20,000 nucleotides of DNA from an uncultured virus (IMG/VR IMGVR_UViG_3300027804_000061) (lineage: Duplodnaviria; Heunggongvirae; Uroviricota; Caudoviricetes), in IMG/VR virus record IMGVR_UViG_3300027804_000061. The stretch is one strand, 5' to 3'. The position numbers and the translations under genes were made by a program. Positions 1 to 9,079 of this stretch are shown here, one piece after another (position 1 is the first letter of the stretch; every line of letters begins with the position of its first letter). The notes under the pieces were generated by a model. It was not told the origin of the DNA. It saw nothing but the letters and a program-made list of their open reading frames with translations, and searched no databases.

Positions 1-3000
1 GGTCAATGCTGCCGGGCTTAATCCTCGCAAGCCGTATTTTTCTGCCACGTATCGCAACGACATACTAAGATTTGCCAGTCCGGTTGTAGGCAGTTCCACT
101 ACGTTTAACACCAATATTGCGTGGTCGTATCAGGCGTTGAACAGCACAAGCGTTCTGGTAGCCGGATATGACAGCAACATGGCGCTTCGAGCCGGCACGG
201 TGTTGTATTCTTCCTGGGCATCTCCAAACACCACTGTTGTTCCTGACGTTTCCACAAAAACGCAGATTGTAAGCACCGGAAGAGAGTCGTCTATTCGAGG
301 ATGCTGGTCCAACTATTCCGGAAGCTGGCGTTATTATTTTTTTGATTTCTTGTCCAGCGGTACGCAGTCTTATGCATCGTTGTACAGCGTGGATGCAAAC
401 GGAGCCAACAAAACACTAGAAACGGCAACGGGATTGCCGTACGTTTCCAAATACCCAGCAAATATTTGGGAGTTTTACGGGGTACGCAGGCCGTCGGCGT
501 TTGTAATGATGGAGCACGGCGACAAAATTGCCGTGTACACGTCTTACGAATACATTACTGAGCTTGCGCAGCTGGTGTGCACCACGCATTTTTATCATGC
601 GGGGCCGGGGGATACGTCGTATCGCCGGCTGCGCACAACCATTCAATACGAAATTCCCGAATTAGACAGCACGCGCAATTATTCAACTGGCGTAACCACA
701 CTGGACGTGACAAGCGGTCTTGTGTTTGGTGCATCGTCGGAAGCAGGAAAGTTTTTTATTGTTGCCAACGACGGCACAAAAGCAATTCGATTTACGTATA
801 CGCAGGGCGTGGAAGGGCTTGCGGAACCGGTAATTCCCATTGACATTGATGCCAATCGATTGGAAATTACGGATTCTTTTGGCGCAAAAACATACGGCAA
901 ATATCATCAGTTTATGCCGTGTGCGTTGACCAAAATTGGCAGTCGATATTATCTAAACGGACAAATGACTCGTACGTATTCCAACGGAGACAAGCGCGTC
1001 ATGGAGATTTATTTGTGGTCCGTGGATGGAATCAACTGGGCAGTGGGCGACGTGTCGTCGTTTATTGACGCGGAATACTACAAAAAATCAGAGTCTGTTC
1101 GACCGTGGAATTATGCGCTTGTGTATTTTCCCGGAGGAGACACTGTATATGCATTTGGAAACAAATGCAGAACGTCTGCTTCTGCACGAGAAATGGATTC
1201 CGGAAATTCTGAAGTTGATTTTTCAGACGTGATTATTGAAGGAATAATTGAGTCAAACACAAACTCTGCAGACCGCGCACAGCTTGTTTCCATGAAGGGA
1301 TTTGACACAGTTGATCCTTCTGATTTTGGCGGCAAAACCTTTACCATAAATCTTGGGTATTACGATTCTTCCGGAAACGTAAAGTCGGTAAAAATGGGAG
1401 AGTATTTCGTAGATTCCGAAGCGCATGTGCTCAGCAACGCCGGCAAGGGGCCCAATCAAATTTCCGGATCTGATCTTGGTGCATGGAAGTTAACAAGATG
1501 GTCGTCTATTACAGACGTAGATCGATGGAGTTCTACGTTTGTGCAAGACGATTTGAAAATGCTGTCCAAGATGATTGTCAAAGGAATCAGCAGTGATTAC
1601 AGCGCAGTTGACAACGCCACCGGATCCGGGTTGTATTTGAGCAACTTAAACGATCCATTTGTTGGATATACATCTACGCGCGACGACCGGGACGGCATGT
1701 ATACCGTGTGCGCACGATTTACCGACACCGGCAGCACGGCAAAGCTGAGCTCTATTGGACTGTTGATTGGCGCAGAAGACTATACGGACATTTACACCAA
1801 GGGAAAAGCGGATCGAAAAGGATTCAACGCAATCATGATTCCTTCTGTTTCCACGTGGACCGGACAAGACAAGACTTCTCCTCAAATGCGCAAAAGCAAT
1901 TTGAAAAGAAGGACCAGCAATCCTTCTACGCCAGGCAACGAATCCGACTCTGACACAGCTTTTCAATGGCTTCGCAGATATACAAATCTTTGGGAAAGAA
2001 ATGTATACAGAGCGGATCAAACCATAGCGGACAGCCAATACAACAAGATTACCTCTGCAGCAGCTACCGCAGAAGGAAACATAATTTACAGCAGCGACTT
2101 TGTTGCCGAGCACGGAATTGATTACGAATTTGTCGTAAGAAAAAACTCGGGCCGCATTCAAGCATTTGCGCGCAAAAAAGGATTTTCATCAACAACGGTT
2201 GCGGCGTCTGCCTACACTGAATATCAACTGATTTACGAATATCAATTCAGCAAGGATGATCGCATTGAGTGGGGGCCTCGTCCGTTTTGGGGTTTTGTTG
2301 CCAATACGGATGTGTTTGCATCTTTGGACGGATGGAACAGCAGGGAATACGGAGACATAGAAACCAGTCTGACAGAAGCGTACAACGTAGTTGACACAGT
2401 AAATAAATCTGCCGACTTTCCGGATTCCCGGCTTGCGTCGTTGGGAAATGTGTATTTTGTTGGAGGAACGGGAAGTTATATAACCACTTCTCAAACAACG
2501 TCAGAGCAGGTGTGGGTAGACAGAGAGCCAAGCAGCGGAGGCGGCTACTGGGATACGGTAACAACTACAACATCGTCTCAGCAGTGGGTGGATCCGTATA
2601 ACGTTGCAAGCGACAGTTACATTGTAGAGATGTGCGCAGTTTCTGGCATGAATCTTTCCGTGGGAGAAATTGTGCGATGTTTTGTGTTTACAGATAAAGG
2701 AGGTGCTATCAATGAAAGCAATTGCACGGCAAACATGGATCGAACAAATGTAACTGGAAACACAATATGGCGCAGTGAATTTTTTGGCGTAATTAATGCC
2801 ATTGAAAATATTAATCACGAAGGATCCGGAATTATTCGAAGAAAGATTTTTTTTGGAAAAACATGGGGAGGGGGCATTGCTGAACCCCTTCCTGGTGAAA
2901 GCTACAAATACGCAATTTATAAAGCGGGAACTTCATCTGTGTATGCAAAAGCGTCTTCGGGAACCATTTACAGCAGCGTAGTAACTGGATTTGATGCACA

Positions 3001-5056
3001 GGGCCAGGCGCAATATTTAAATCTTGACATCAAAAACGGCACAGTAAAACAATCGTCTACTACCGCCGGGAGAGCTGCTATTGTCAACAGACAGAACGAC
3101 GCCATCAGCCTGCGCATGATGGAGTCGGACGGATCCACGCATTTGATGTACAGCGGAAGTGCGCAAACAGGCCTTGGGTATGACTGGCCTACCAATCCTA
3201 TTTCCAATACAGGATTTGTAGGAAATGCTGGTTTTGTTTCTACTCGAGACTGGCGTTTGCTTATGAATCAAGGTCGGTTGTTCCCTTTTTCTTCTACGAC
3301 GCTTGGTCTTCCTGGAGGAGATCAGAAATCCTACATGATCAAGGGAGAAGAAATTATTCGATACAACAACTGGGGCTGGAAAAGTCGCGGTTCTTCTACT
3401 ACTGACATTGTCTGGTGCATTATTTCTGCGTATTACACGCCTATTTTCCCTTCTGTTAAAGGAGCTACAACAATTCAGCAATGGTCTAAGTTGTCGGGCA
3501 GTACCTGGATTGAACCAGGCGACAAATTCAACCTGATTCCAAACTTGTCTGGTCTGCGTTTGTATATCAATGGAAAAGGAGGGTCGTATACGGCTGAAGG
3601 AGACGTCAAACAATACGCCGTTTCTGCGGTTGCGGCAAACGGCGGCACGGCAAGCGTTCTTACGTTTACTCCTAAACTGTCTTCCGGCGCAGACTCTATG
3701 GATCCTGGAACCGAACGCGCAAAAGATGAAGACAAGCAGCTCAAGGAAATTGCCATTCTTTCCGGAAGAGAGCAGTTTGGAACCAGTTCTGGCATGCAAA
3801 GCTACACGGATCCGCTGTGTTTTTATCCTGTTGGCTCCAACACAACGGCAATTCCAGATTCTTTTATTAAGGTAAATTACACAACAATGAGCGTTGGTTT
3901 GTATAACAGCGCCAAAGACAATTTGAAATACGCCTGCAACCTTGCAGGCATTTCAGATGTTCAGTTTATGGACTATCCAGTGTCCGGATGGAATGATGTG
4001 TCGTCAACGGCTGAAACAATCAGCCTTGCTGATCTTGCTCATTTTGTAATTGAAGCATACGGAACCATAACAACGTCATCTGTAATTTCAATAAAAATGC
4101 GTAATGCGTACGTGCTGTATGTTGACGTGGACACTGTAAATTCCAGAGGGCATCTGACTCTGACTCTTAAAACCGCAGTTGGATTTTCTCCTGCTGAAAA
4201 AATTTCTACAGGAAGCGGATTGGAAAATACAATAGCAAAAGTTTCTGTTCCTGTGTCTGATATTCCGTTGACGGGAACGCACGATTTTCGATTTATTCTT
4301 CGCAAAGAACGATTGATGATTGAAATGGATCGTTCTCCTGTTTGGACATTTGATTTGAAATCGTACAAATTTGGCACTTACGATTTGTATTCAGACGCTG
4401 TTGGTCCGATTGTAATGACAGCATCCAGCGTAACAAACAATTTGAAAACAAAGCTTGTTGAACTTTCTGAGGAAGTTGAAAATCAGATTATTGATATGTC
4501 GCAGGGCGGAGGCGACGCGGTTCAGTTTATTACCCGCGAAAGGCACATTCATACACGCAGCACGCAAAACGGCGGTCTTCAATTTAGCCGTTTCTTAGAC
4601 GCAAACAGAGAAAATGTTGTGCTGCAAAAAACAGACGGAACATACATTACCAGCGACTTCATCAAAGATCAGCTTGAATATAACCCGTACAACGTTCCGG
4701 GACATGTACTGGTTACTGGAGCAGAATATGGAGAACACCTGGATCCTGAATGGATTCGACAAAACGGATACATGTTTTCCACCAATCAAAACAGGCTTTT
4801 GGATACGGTGGAAGATTCCATCAAAGAGGCAAAATATCTGATCAGAATGTCCAAGGAAGATTCTGACAATTCTCAAATTGAATTGGTTGGATTGCCGCAC
4901 ATTCAGCCGGAAGACGGAATGAAAAAAATCTACACATTTCCAGAAACCGTATCGGTTGCGGATCAGGATCAAATCGTATCCGGACACGCTGTGCAGTTTA
5001 ACGGTGCGTCTATGATGTCCACTCTTAAAATCAGAAAGAAATATTCTTTGGAGTAA
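1..5056 (+). CDS. Giant phage tail protein (tail tip/baseplate hub-like), 5'-truncated by the window
   Basis: The frame is open from position 2 (VNAAGLNPRKPYFS...) into the listed TTG at 137, so the true start lies upstream and the protein exceeds 1680 aa. It is rich in S/T/G/Y/W, looks beta-rich and lies directly before a tail fibre gene (TAA-CT-ATG). Function is inferred from size, composition and synteny. Confidence 0.7.
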   Translation, partial: VNAAGLNPRKPYFSATYRNDILRFASPVVGSSTTFNTNIAWSYQALNSTSVLVAGYDSNMALRAGTVLYSSWASPNTTVVPDVSTKTQIVSTGRESSIRGCWSNYSGSWRYYFFDFLSSGTQSYASLYSVDANGANKTLETATGLPYVSKYPANIWEFYGVRRPSAFVMMEHGDKIAVYTSYEYITELAQLVCTTHFYHAGPGDTSYRRLRTTIQYEIPELDSTRNYSTGVTTLDVTSGLVFGASSEAGKFFIVANDGTKAIRFTYTQGVEGLAEPVIPIDIDANRLEITDSFGAKTYGKYHQFMPCALTKIGSRYYLNGQMTRTYSNGDKRVMEIYLWSVDGINWAVGDVSSFIDAEYYKKSESVRPWNYALVYFPGGDTVYAFGNKCRTSASAREMDSGNSEVDFSDVIIEGIIESNTNSADRAQLVSMKGFDTVDPSDFGGKTFTINLGYYDSSGNVKSVKMGEYFVDSEAHVLSNAGKGPNQISGSDLGAWKLTRWSSITDVDRWSSTFVQDDLKMLSKMIVKGISSDYSAVDNATGSGLYLSNLNDPFVGYTSTRDDRDGMYTVCARFTDTGSTAKLSSIGLLIGAEDYTDIYTKGKADRKGFNAIMIPSVSTWTGQDKTSPQMRKSNLKRRTSNPSTPGNESDSDTAFQWLRRYTNLWERNVYRADQTIADSQYNKITSAAATAEGNIIYSSDFVAEHGIDYEFVVRKNSGRIQAFARKKGFSSTTVAASAYTEYQLIYEYQFSKDDRIEWGPRPFWGFVANTDVFASLDGWNSREYGDIETSLTEAYNVVDTVNKSADFPDSRLASLGNVYFVGGTGSYITTSQTTSEQVWVDREPSSGGGYWDTVTTTTSSQQWVDPYNVASDSYIVEMCAVSGMNLSVGEIVRCFVFTDKGGAINESNCTANMDRTNVTGNTIWRSEFFGVINAIENINHEGSGIIRRKIFFGKTWGGGIAEPLPGESYKYAIYKAGTSSVYAKASSGTIYSSVVTGFDAQGQAQYLNLDIKNGTVKQSSTTAGRAAIVNRQNDAISLRMMESDGSTHLMYSGSAQTGLGYDWPTNPISNTGFVGNAGFVSTRDWRLLMNQGRLFPFSSTTLGLPGGDQKSYMIKGEEIIRYNNWGWKSRGSSTTDIVWCIISAYYTPIFPSVKGATTIQQWSKLSGSTWIEPGDKFNLIPNLSGLRLYINGKGGSYTAEGDVKQYAVSAVAANGGTASVLTFTPKLSSGADSMDPGTERAKDEDKQLKEIAILSGREQFGTSSGMQSYTDPLCFYPVGSNTTAIPDSFIKVNYTTMSVGLYNSAKDNLKYACNLAGISDVQFMDYPVSGWNDVSSTAETISLADLAHFVIEAYGTITTSSVISIKMRNAYVLYVDVDTVNSRGHLTLTLKTAVGFSPAEKISTGSGLENTIAKVSVPVSDIPLTGTHDFRFILRKERLMIEMDRSPVWTFDLKSYKFGTYDLYSDAVGPIVMTASSVTNNLKTKLVELSEEVENQIIDMSQGGGDAVQFITRERHIHTRSTQNGGLQFSRFLDANRENVVLQKTDGTYITSDFIKDQLEYNPYNVPGHVLVTGAEYGEHLDPEWIRQNGYMFSTNQNRLLDTVEDSIKEAKYLIRMSKEDSDNSQIELVGLPHIQPEDGMKKIYTFPETVSVADQDQIVSGHAVQFNGASMMSTLKIRKKYSLE

Positions 5057-5058
5057 CT

Positions 5059-8000
5059 ATGATTACAAAGCACAGCGCAGATGACGCCAGCGCAAAACCT
5101 CTTCAAATTGGACTCAGACTTGCCCGTGTTGTTTCTATTGGAAACGGAACAGTAGACGTGTGTCCAATTGGCTCATCCGTTGTGTTGCACGATATTCCGG
5201 TAACGTCTGCTACCACCATGAGCGTTGGAGATGTAATCAATCTTCAAGTCATGGACAACAAGCGATTTGCGTTTGCCTCGCAAAACACAACCGTTTTAAC
5301 CGGATCTGCAGTTAACAATGTCACAATTCAAAATGGCGATGTCATTATTGCCGGCGAAGGAGGCGCCGGCACTGTTTTGGGCGTTGAAGCTGGAGAAGGT
5401 TTGACATCCAGCACATTAAATGGAGTTGTCACTCTTGCTGTTGGATCAAGTGTTGTTCGTACGTCCAGGTCTGTTTTTACGGGAAGCGGCTTGACCGGCG
5501 GCGGCAATCTTAGTGCTGACCGCACGCTGTCTGTTGCACTGGCAGCAACCAGCGGTTTAAATACAACCGGCGGTCTTCTTGCTGTAGGGCAGGGAAACGG
5601 CATTTCTGTTGGCACTTCTTCTGTTGCAGTTAATCAGGCGTATGCATTTACATGGACTTCTGCGCACGCATTTGATTCTGGGTTTACTGCTGCAGCAAGC
5701 ACTTTTACTGGCTTGCTGACTGGAACGTCAAGCACGTTTAGCGGAAATGTAAGCGTTGGCACAACCAGCGGCGGATTAAATATTGGAACTACTGGCGCAG
5801 CAGCAAAAAGCATTCGAGTAGCCGGTTCAATAAATGTCGGCACTGCTACTGGAAGCACAGACGGATATATTTACACAAGCGGGCGCATTGGTGTTGGGAA
5901 AAACGCAGCAGACTATCCGTTAGACGTGGCAGGCGACATTTTTAGTTCAGCGTCTGTACGCGCAAGCACCAGCGTAATTACGCAGGAGTTGACAGGTGCC
6001 GGAGCAACTCCGACAGTGTCACTGACAAACGGAACCGGGTTTAAAAGCAGTCAATACCAGTCTGGATTTGCCGGCAACGGATGGAGAATTTACAGGCAGG
6101 ACAACACTGCAAAATCAGAATGGGAAGTAGACAACCTTACCGTTCGCGGCACGCTCAGTGTGTATGAGCTTTTGATTCAGCAGATCCGCGCTACCAACGG
6201 ATCTATTTTTGTTTCTGCCGCTGCCAAAATTGAATCAGTAACCGGAACGGGACCATACACTCTTATTGTAGAAGGAGGAAGCAGTGATTATGCTCCGTTT
6301 GCAGTGGGAGATATTCTTCGTGCGCAACGCGTTTCTTTGGGGACTTCCACGCTTGTGTGGCAAAGTGATTTAACGGTTACAGCAATTAGCGTTGGAGAAA
6401 ACACAAGAGCCTTTACTGCAACTTTGAGAGCTGGCAGCACTGCTCCTGCAGCAGGAATGGAATACGTTCGTCTTGGAAACACAACAGATTTAAACAGACA
6501 GGGAGCTGTGTATTTGACGGCAGATGATTCCGGTGCTCCGTTTATTGACATTGTGAATGATGTAACAAGTCATGCAAATTGGGGAACAGCTGCAAAAGTA
6601 AAAGTAAGAATTGGAAGATTAAACGGAATTGTTGGCGGAGCAACAGCCAATTACGGCATATGGTCTGGCACAGGAACGGCTAGTACAGACTCATGGGTCA
6701 AAATGGCCGAAGACGGCATCCTGCTTAACAACGTGCCGCTCAAAATGTATAGCGGCGCGCTTCAAACTGTTGATTTTTCTGCCAACGGAAATTTGAAAAT
6801 AGGAACAAACGTTGCTAACGCATCTACTACTGCACTAAGCTGGAACGGAACAACGCTTGCTATTAATGGTGCTATTACCGCACAAAGCGGAAGCATTGCC
6901 GGTGTGCTTAGCATTGGCACAAGCGGCGGAATTTACCAAGGGACCGGAACATTTGCAACTCCAACTACCGGCCTGAAAATATGGAATGATTCCGGCGTCG
7001 GCCGCATCGCCGGCTACAACAGCGGCGTATTGCAGTGGTATGCAAACAGCGACGGCACGCTGAAGGCCGGCGGCGGCGACGTCACGCTTAACGGTGACGG
7101 GATTTCGCTTGTAAGCTGGGTTTTGTCGCGCGGGCAGCTTAGCTTGATAAACGGGTATCGTTTTAGCGCGGGCTCCACAACGTTTTGCGGCCTTTACGCG
7201 TTTACCGAATCCGACGGTCAAACAAATTTGCTGCTGCGGAATCACGGAGCGACAGATCCCGAGATAACAATCGAAGCGCAAGACACGTCCACAACCGGCG
7301 TAAACCGCTCGGTCGTCACAATCACCGCAAACAGCCCACTTTACAGCACAACCGCCCGCTTGGACGCAAACGCCATCTGTTTGTACGGGAAAGGGTTGCG
7401 CGTTGTTTTGAGCGGCTCGGACTCTACGGTTGCTGCCGGCGGCACGCTGTATACAAGCGGAGACACCACGGTTGGCGGCGGCCTCAACGTCGGCAACACA
7501 ACCGGCGCGGCGGCTGGGGCAATCAAGGCGTCAGGCGACGTAAGCGCAAACGACGCGGCGTTTACGGGCGGCCTCAACGTCGGCACTGCAACGGGGGCGT
7601 TGACCGGCCAGATCAAAGGCGCGACAGCGACGTTTACCGGCGACGTAAGCGCAAACGACGCGGTGTTTAGCGGCAACGTAAATGCAGTCAGCCTGTACCT
7701 TAGCGGCAACATCGACGCCACAGGATGGATAATAGGCGGCACCGTCGGTGCGACTCTCGGCGACTTTGATACTCTCCAAGTCAATACAGAACTTAAATCT
7801 GTTTGGAGTGCTACGTGGATCAACACAGGCATTACCTTTAGTGCAAGCTGGTCAAATTTTGCCGCAGACGAAACCACGTGGTCGTTTGCCCGCTACAAGC
7901 GCGTGGGCGATTTGGTGTTTTTGCGGGGCATGATCAAAAGAGCGTCCGGGACTGGATTGTCGATCTCTCCATTTACGCTCCCCGCAAACTTTCGCCCTGC

Positions 8001-8163
8001 AAAACGGTTAATCTGCGCCGTTATGGCGCTTCGGACCGGGCAAACCGAAGAAGCGATCAGAGCAGACGTGCTTTCCACTGGGGTGGTCCAATTTTCAAAT
8101 ATTGGCACGACGTCTGCATATGATTACATTTCGCTGAATGGTATTGTGTTCAGCGTGGTTTAA
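5059..8163 (+). CDS. Tail spike/fibre, probable receptor-binding protein (1034 aa)
   Basis: N-terminal OB-fold-like segment (ARVVSIGNGTVDV...VGDVINL); fibre motif GSGLTGGGNLSADRTLSV; GGLNxGxxxG repeats; tail-protein motif DNLTVRGTLSVYELLIQQIRATNGSIFVS; C-terminal head-domain motif YKRVGDLVFLRGMIK...FTLPANFRP. Confidence 0.8.
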   Translation: MITKHSADDASAKPLQIGLRLARVVSIGNGTVDVCPIGSSVVLHDIPVTSATTMSVGDVINLQVMDNKRFAFASQNTTVLTGSAVNNVTIQNGDVIIAGEGGAGTVLGVEAGEGLTSSTLNGVVTLAVGSSVVRTSRSVFTGSGLTGGGNLSADRTLSVALAATSGLNTTGGLLAVGQGNGISVGTSSVAVNQAYAFTWTSAHAFDSGFTAAASTFTGLLTGTSSTFSGNVSVGTTSGGLNIGTTGAAAKSIRVAGSINVGTATGSTDGYIYTSGRIGVGKNAADYPLDVAGDIFSSASVRASTSVITQELTGAGATPTVSLTNGTGFKSSQYQSGFAGNGWRIYRQDNTAKSEWEVDNLTVRGTLSVYELLIQQIRATNGSIFVSAAAKIESVTGTGPYTLIVEGGSSDYAPFAVGDILRAQRVSLGTSTLVWQSDLTVTAISVGENTRAFTATLRAGSTAPAAGMEYVRLGNTTDLNRQGAVYLTADDSGAPFIDIVNDVTSHANWGTAAKVKVRIGRLNGIVGGATANYGIWSGTGTASTDSWVKMAEDGILLNNVPLKMYSGALQTVDFSANGNLKIGTNVANASTTALSWNGTTLAINGAITAQSGSIAGVLSIGTSGGIYQGTGTFATPTTGLKIWNDSGVGRIAGYNSGVLQWYANSDGTLKAGGGDVTLNGDGISLVSWVLSRGQLSLINGYRFSAGSTTFCGLYAFTESDGQTNLLLRNHGATDPEITIEAQDTSTTGVNRSVVTITANSPLYSTTARLDANAICLYGKGLRVVLSGSDSTVAAGGTLYTSGDTTVGGGLNVGNTTGAAAGAIKASGDVSANDAAFTGGLNVGTATGALTGQIKGATATFTGDVSANDAVFSGNVNAVSLYLSGNIDATGWIIGGTVGATLGDFDTLQVNTELKSVWSATWINTGITFSASWSNFAADETTWSFARYKRVGDLVFLRGMIKRASGTGLSISPFTLPANFRPAKRLICAVMALRTGQTEEAIRADVLSTGVVQFSNIGTTSAYDYISLNGIVFSVV
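7477..7671 (+). repeat. In-frame tandem duplication inside the tail fibre gene (units of about 90 and 105 nt)
   Basis: Exact 19-mer GGCGGCCTCAACGTCGGCA at 7477 and 7567; exact 25-mer GGCGACGTAAGCGCAAACGACGCGG at 7534 and 7639. Protein: GGLNVG...GDVSANDA twice. Confidence 0.9.
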
Positions 8164-8621
8164 ATCTGCAAAAGCCCTTTGTTCTGCAGTTCTTTTTTCA
8201 GGCTTTCATACTGTTCCAGCTTCTGTTTATTTTCCGGATTGGAAGGACTTTCCAACGTCCAGTCCGGAAGATAGTCTGAAAGTTCCGCTTTTTGTTCCTG
8301 CGTAAGCGTAGTGCTGCGGGCAATCAATCCTTTGACAATGGGTTCTGCGTAGTCGCGCTGAATTTCAACCAGTGAAGGGTATTCTTTGCGCTGATCCTTG
8401 GAAACATTCAGCGTGGCATATGAAGACAGTCCGGTGGTAAACGGAACCACCAGCATTTTTTCTTCTTTGTTTTTAAACACGATGCACACTTCGGTGACCA
8501 TTTCTGCATCCACGTTGCGAAGAGATGCACGCGTAATGCGCTCTCCTGCGGGGTGCGCAACCTGAGCAAGAAATGACGTGTTGAGATCGTTGATGATGGC
8601 AAATGCTTCCTGTTTGTTCAT
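8160..8621 (-). CDS. Hypothetical protein (153 aa)
   Basis: ATG preceded by GGAG. Last gene of the minus-strand cassette; its stop overlaps the tail fibre stop in the palindrome TTAA (8160-8163). Confidence 0.75.
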   Translation of the reverse strand: MNKQEAFAIINDLNTSFLAQVAHPAGERITRASLRNVDAEMVTEVCIVFKNKEEKMLVVPFTTGLSSYATLNVSKDQRKEYPSLVEIQRDYAEPIVKGLIARSTTLTQEQKAELSDYLPDWTLESPSNPENKQKLEQYESLKKELQNKGLLQI

Positions 8622-8624
8622 GGT

Positions 8625-8840
8625 TTACTCCACTGGTTCCATCAAGTTTACATCCGGATCTTCTAGCTTTCCGTTGCCCAGGCCGGCCATGACTCTGGCT
8701 TCGCGGGGCATCTGCTGATTGACAAACTTGATGTTGAGCAGCGAGGCCGCCTTGCGGGCGGCCTCTTCTGTGTAATGACGCGAGTGCGGAATGAGTTTGG
8801 TTTCTGCAATGTGGGACACCACGTAAAACCACACGCGCAT
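8625..8840 (-). CDS. Hypothetical protein (71 aa)
   Basis: GGAGG RBS and TAATG coupling to the upstream small ORF; ends 3 nt before the next gene. Confidence 0.7.
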   Translation of the reverse strand: MRVWFYVVSHIAETKLIPHSRHYTEEAARKAASLLNIKFVNQQMPREARVMAGLGNGKLEDPDVNLMEPVE

Positions 8841-8995
8841 TACGCCTCCGCAGATCGTTCTACCTCTTCAATCTTGGCCGGTCGATAGATTCTTTTTTCG
8901 TTTTCAGCGCGGTTCTGAATGCGAATCGATTCCATCACTTTGTTGCGTTCTCTGGTGATCTTCCCCTTGTTCTTTCCGTTTTTCTTTTTGGCCAT
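8840..8995 (-). CDS. Small basic hypothetical protein (51 aa), not in the supplied ORF track
   Basis: Hand translation: MAKKKNGKNKGKITRERNKVMESIRIQNRAENEKRIYRPAKIEEVERSAEA*. AAGGA RBS upstream; TAATG overlap with the downstream gene. Confidence 0.75.
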   Translation of the reverse strand: MAKKKNGKNKGKITRERNKVMESIRIQNRAENEKRIYRPAKIEEVERSAEA

Positions 8996-9006
8996 GATGA
9001 ATTTCC

Positions 9007-9049
9007 TTGCTAAACGTTTGCTAAAACCCTATGTTTTTTCTTTGCTAAA
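9007..9049. promoter_or_regulatory. Three TTGCTAAA direct repeats overlapping a candidate + strand sigma70-type promoter
   Basis: TTGCTAAA at 9007, 9018 and 9042; TTGCTA(9007-9012)-N17-TATGTT(9030-9035). Confidence 0.45.
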
Positions 9050-9079
9050 AACCATTTTGTTAACGTCAACAAAATGGTT
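9046..9079 (-). terminator. Near-perfect 30-bp palindrome at the dcd stop: intrinsic terminator or operator
   Basis: AACCATTTTGTT-AACGTC-AACAAAATGGTT (9050-9079). On the minus strand it ends in a T run, but the stem is AT-rich. Confidence 0.55.

Noticed and set aside
130..8123. Many nested or antisense ORFs within the two tail genes
   Set aside because: They are fully overlapped by well-supported long CDSs and have no independent signals.
7800..8163. Diversity-generating retroelement target at the tail fibre C-terminus
   Set aside because: I found no second near-copy differing at adenines and no reverse transcriptase in the window. The 7477-7671 repeats are in-frame tandem duplications. A template outside the window cannot be excluded.
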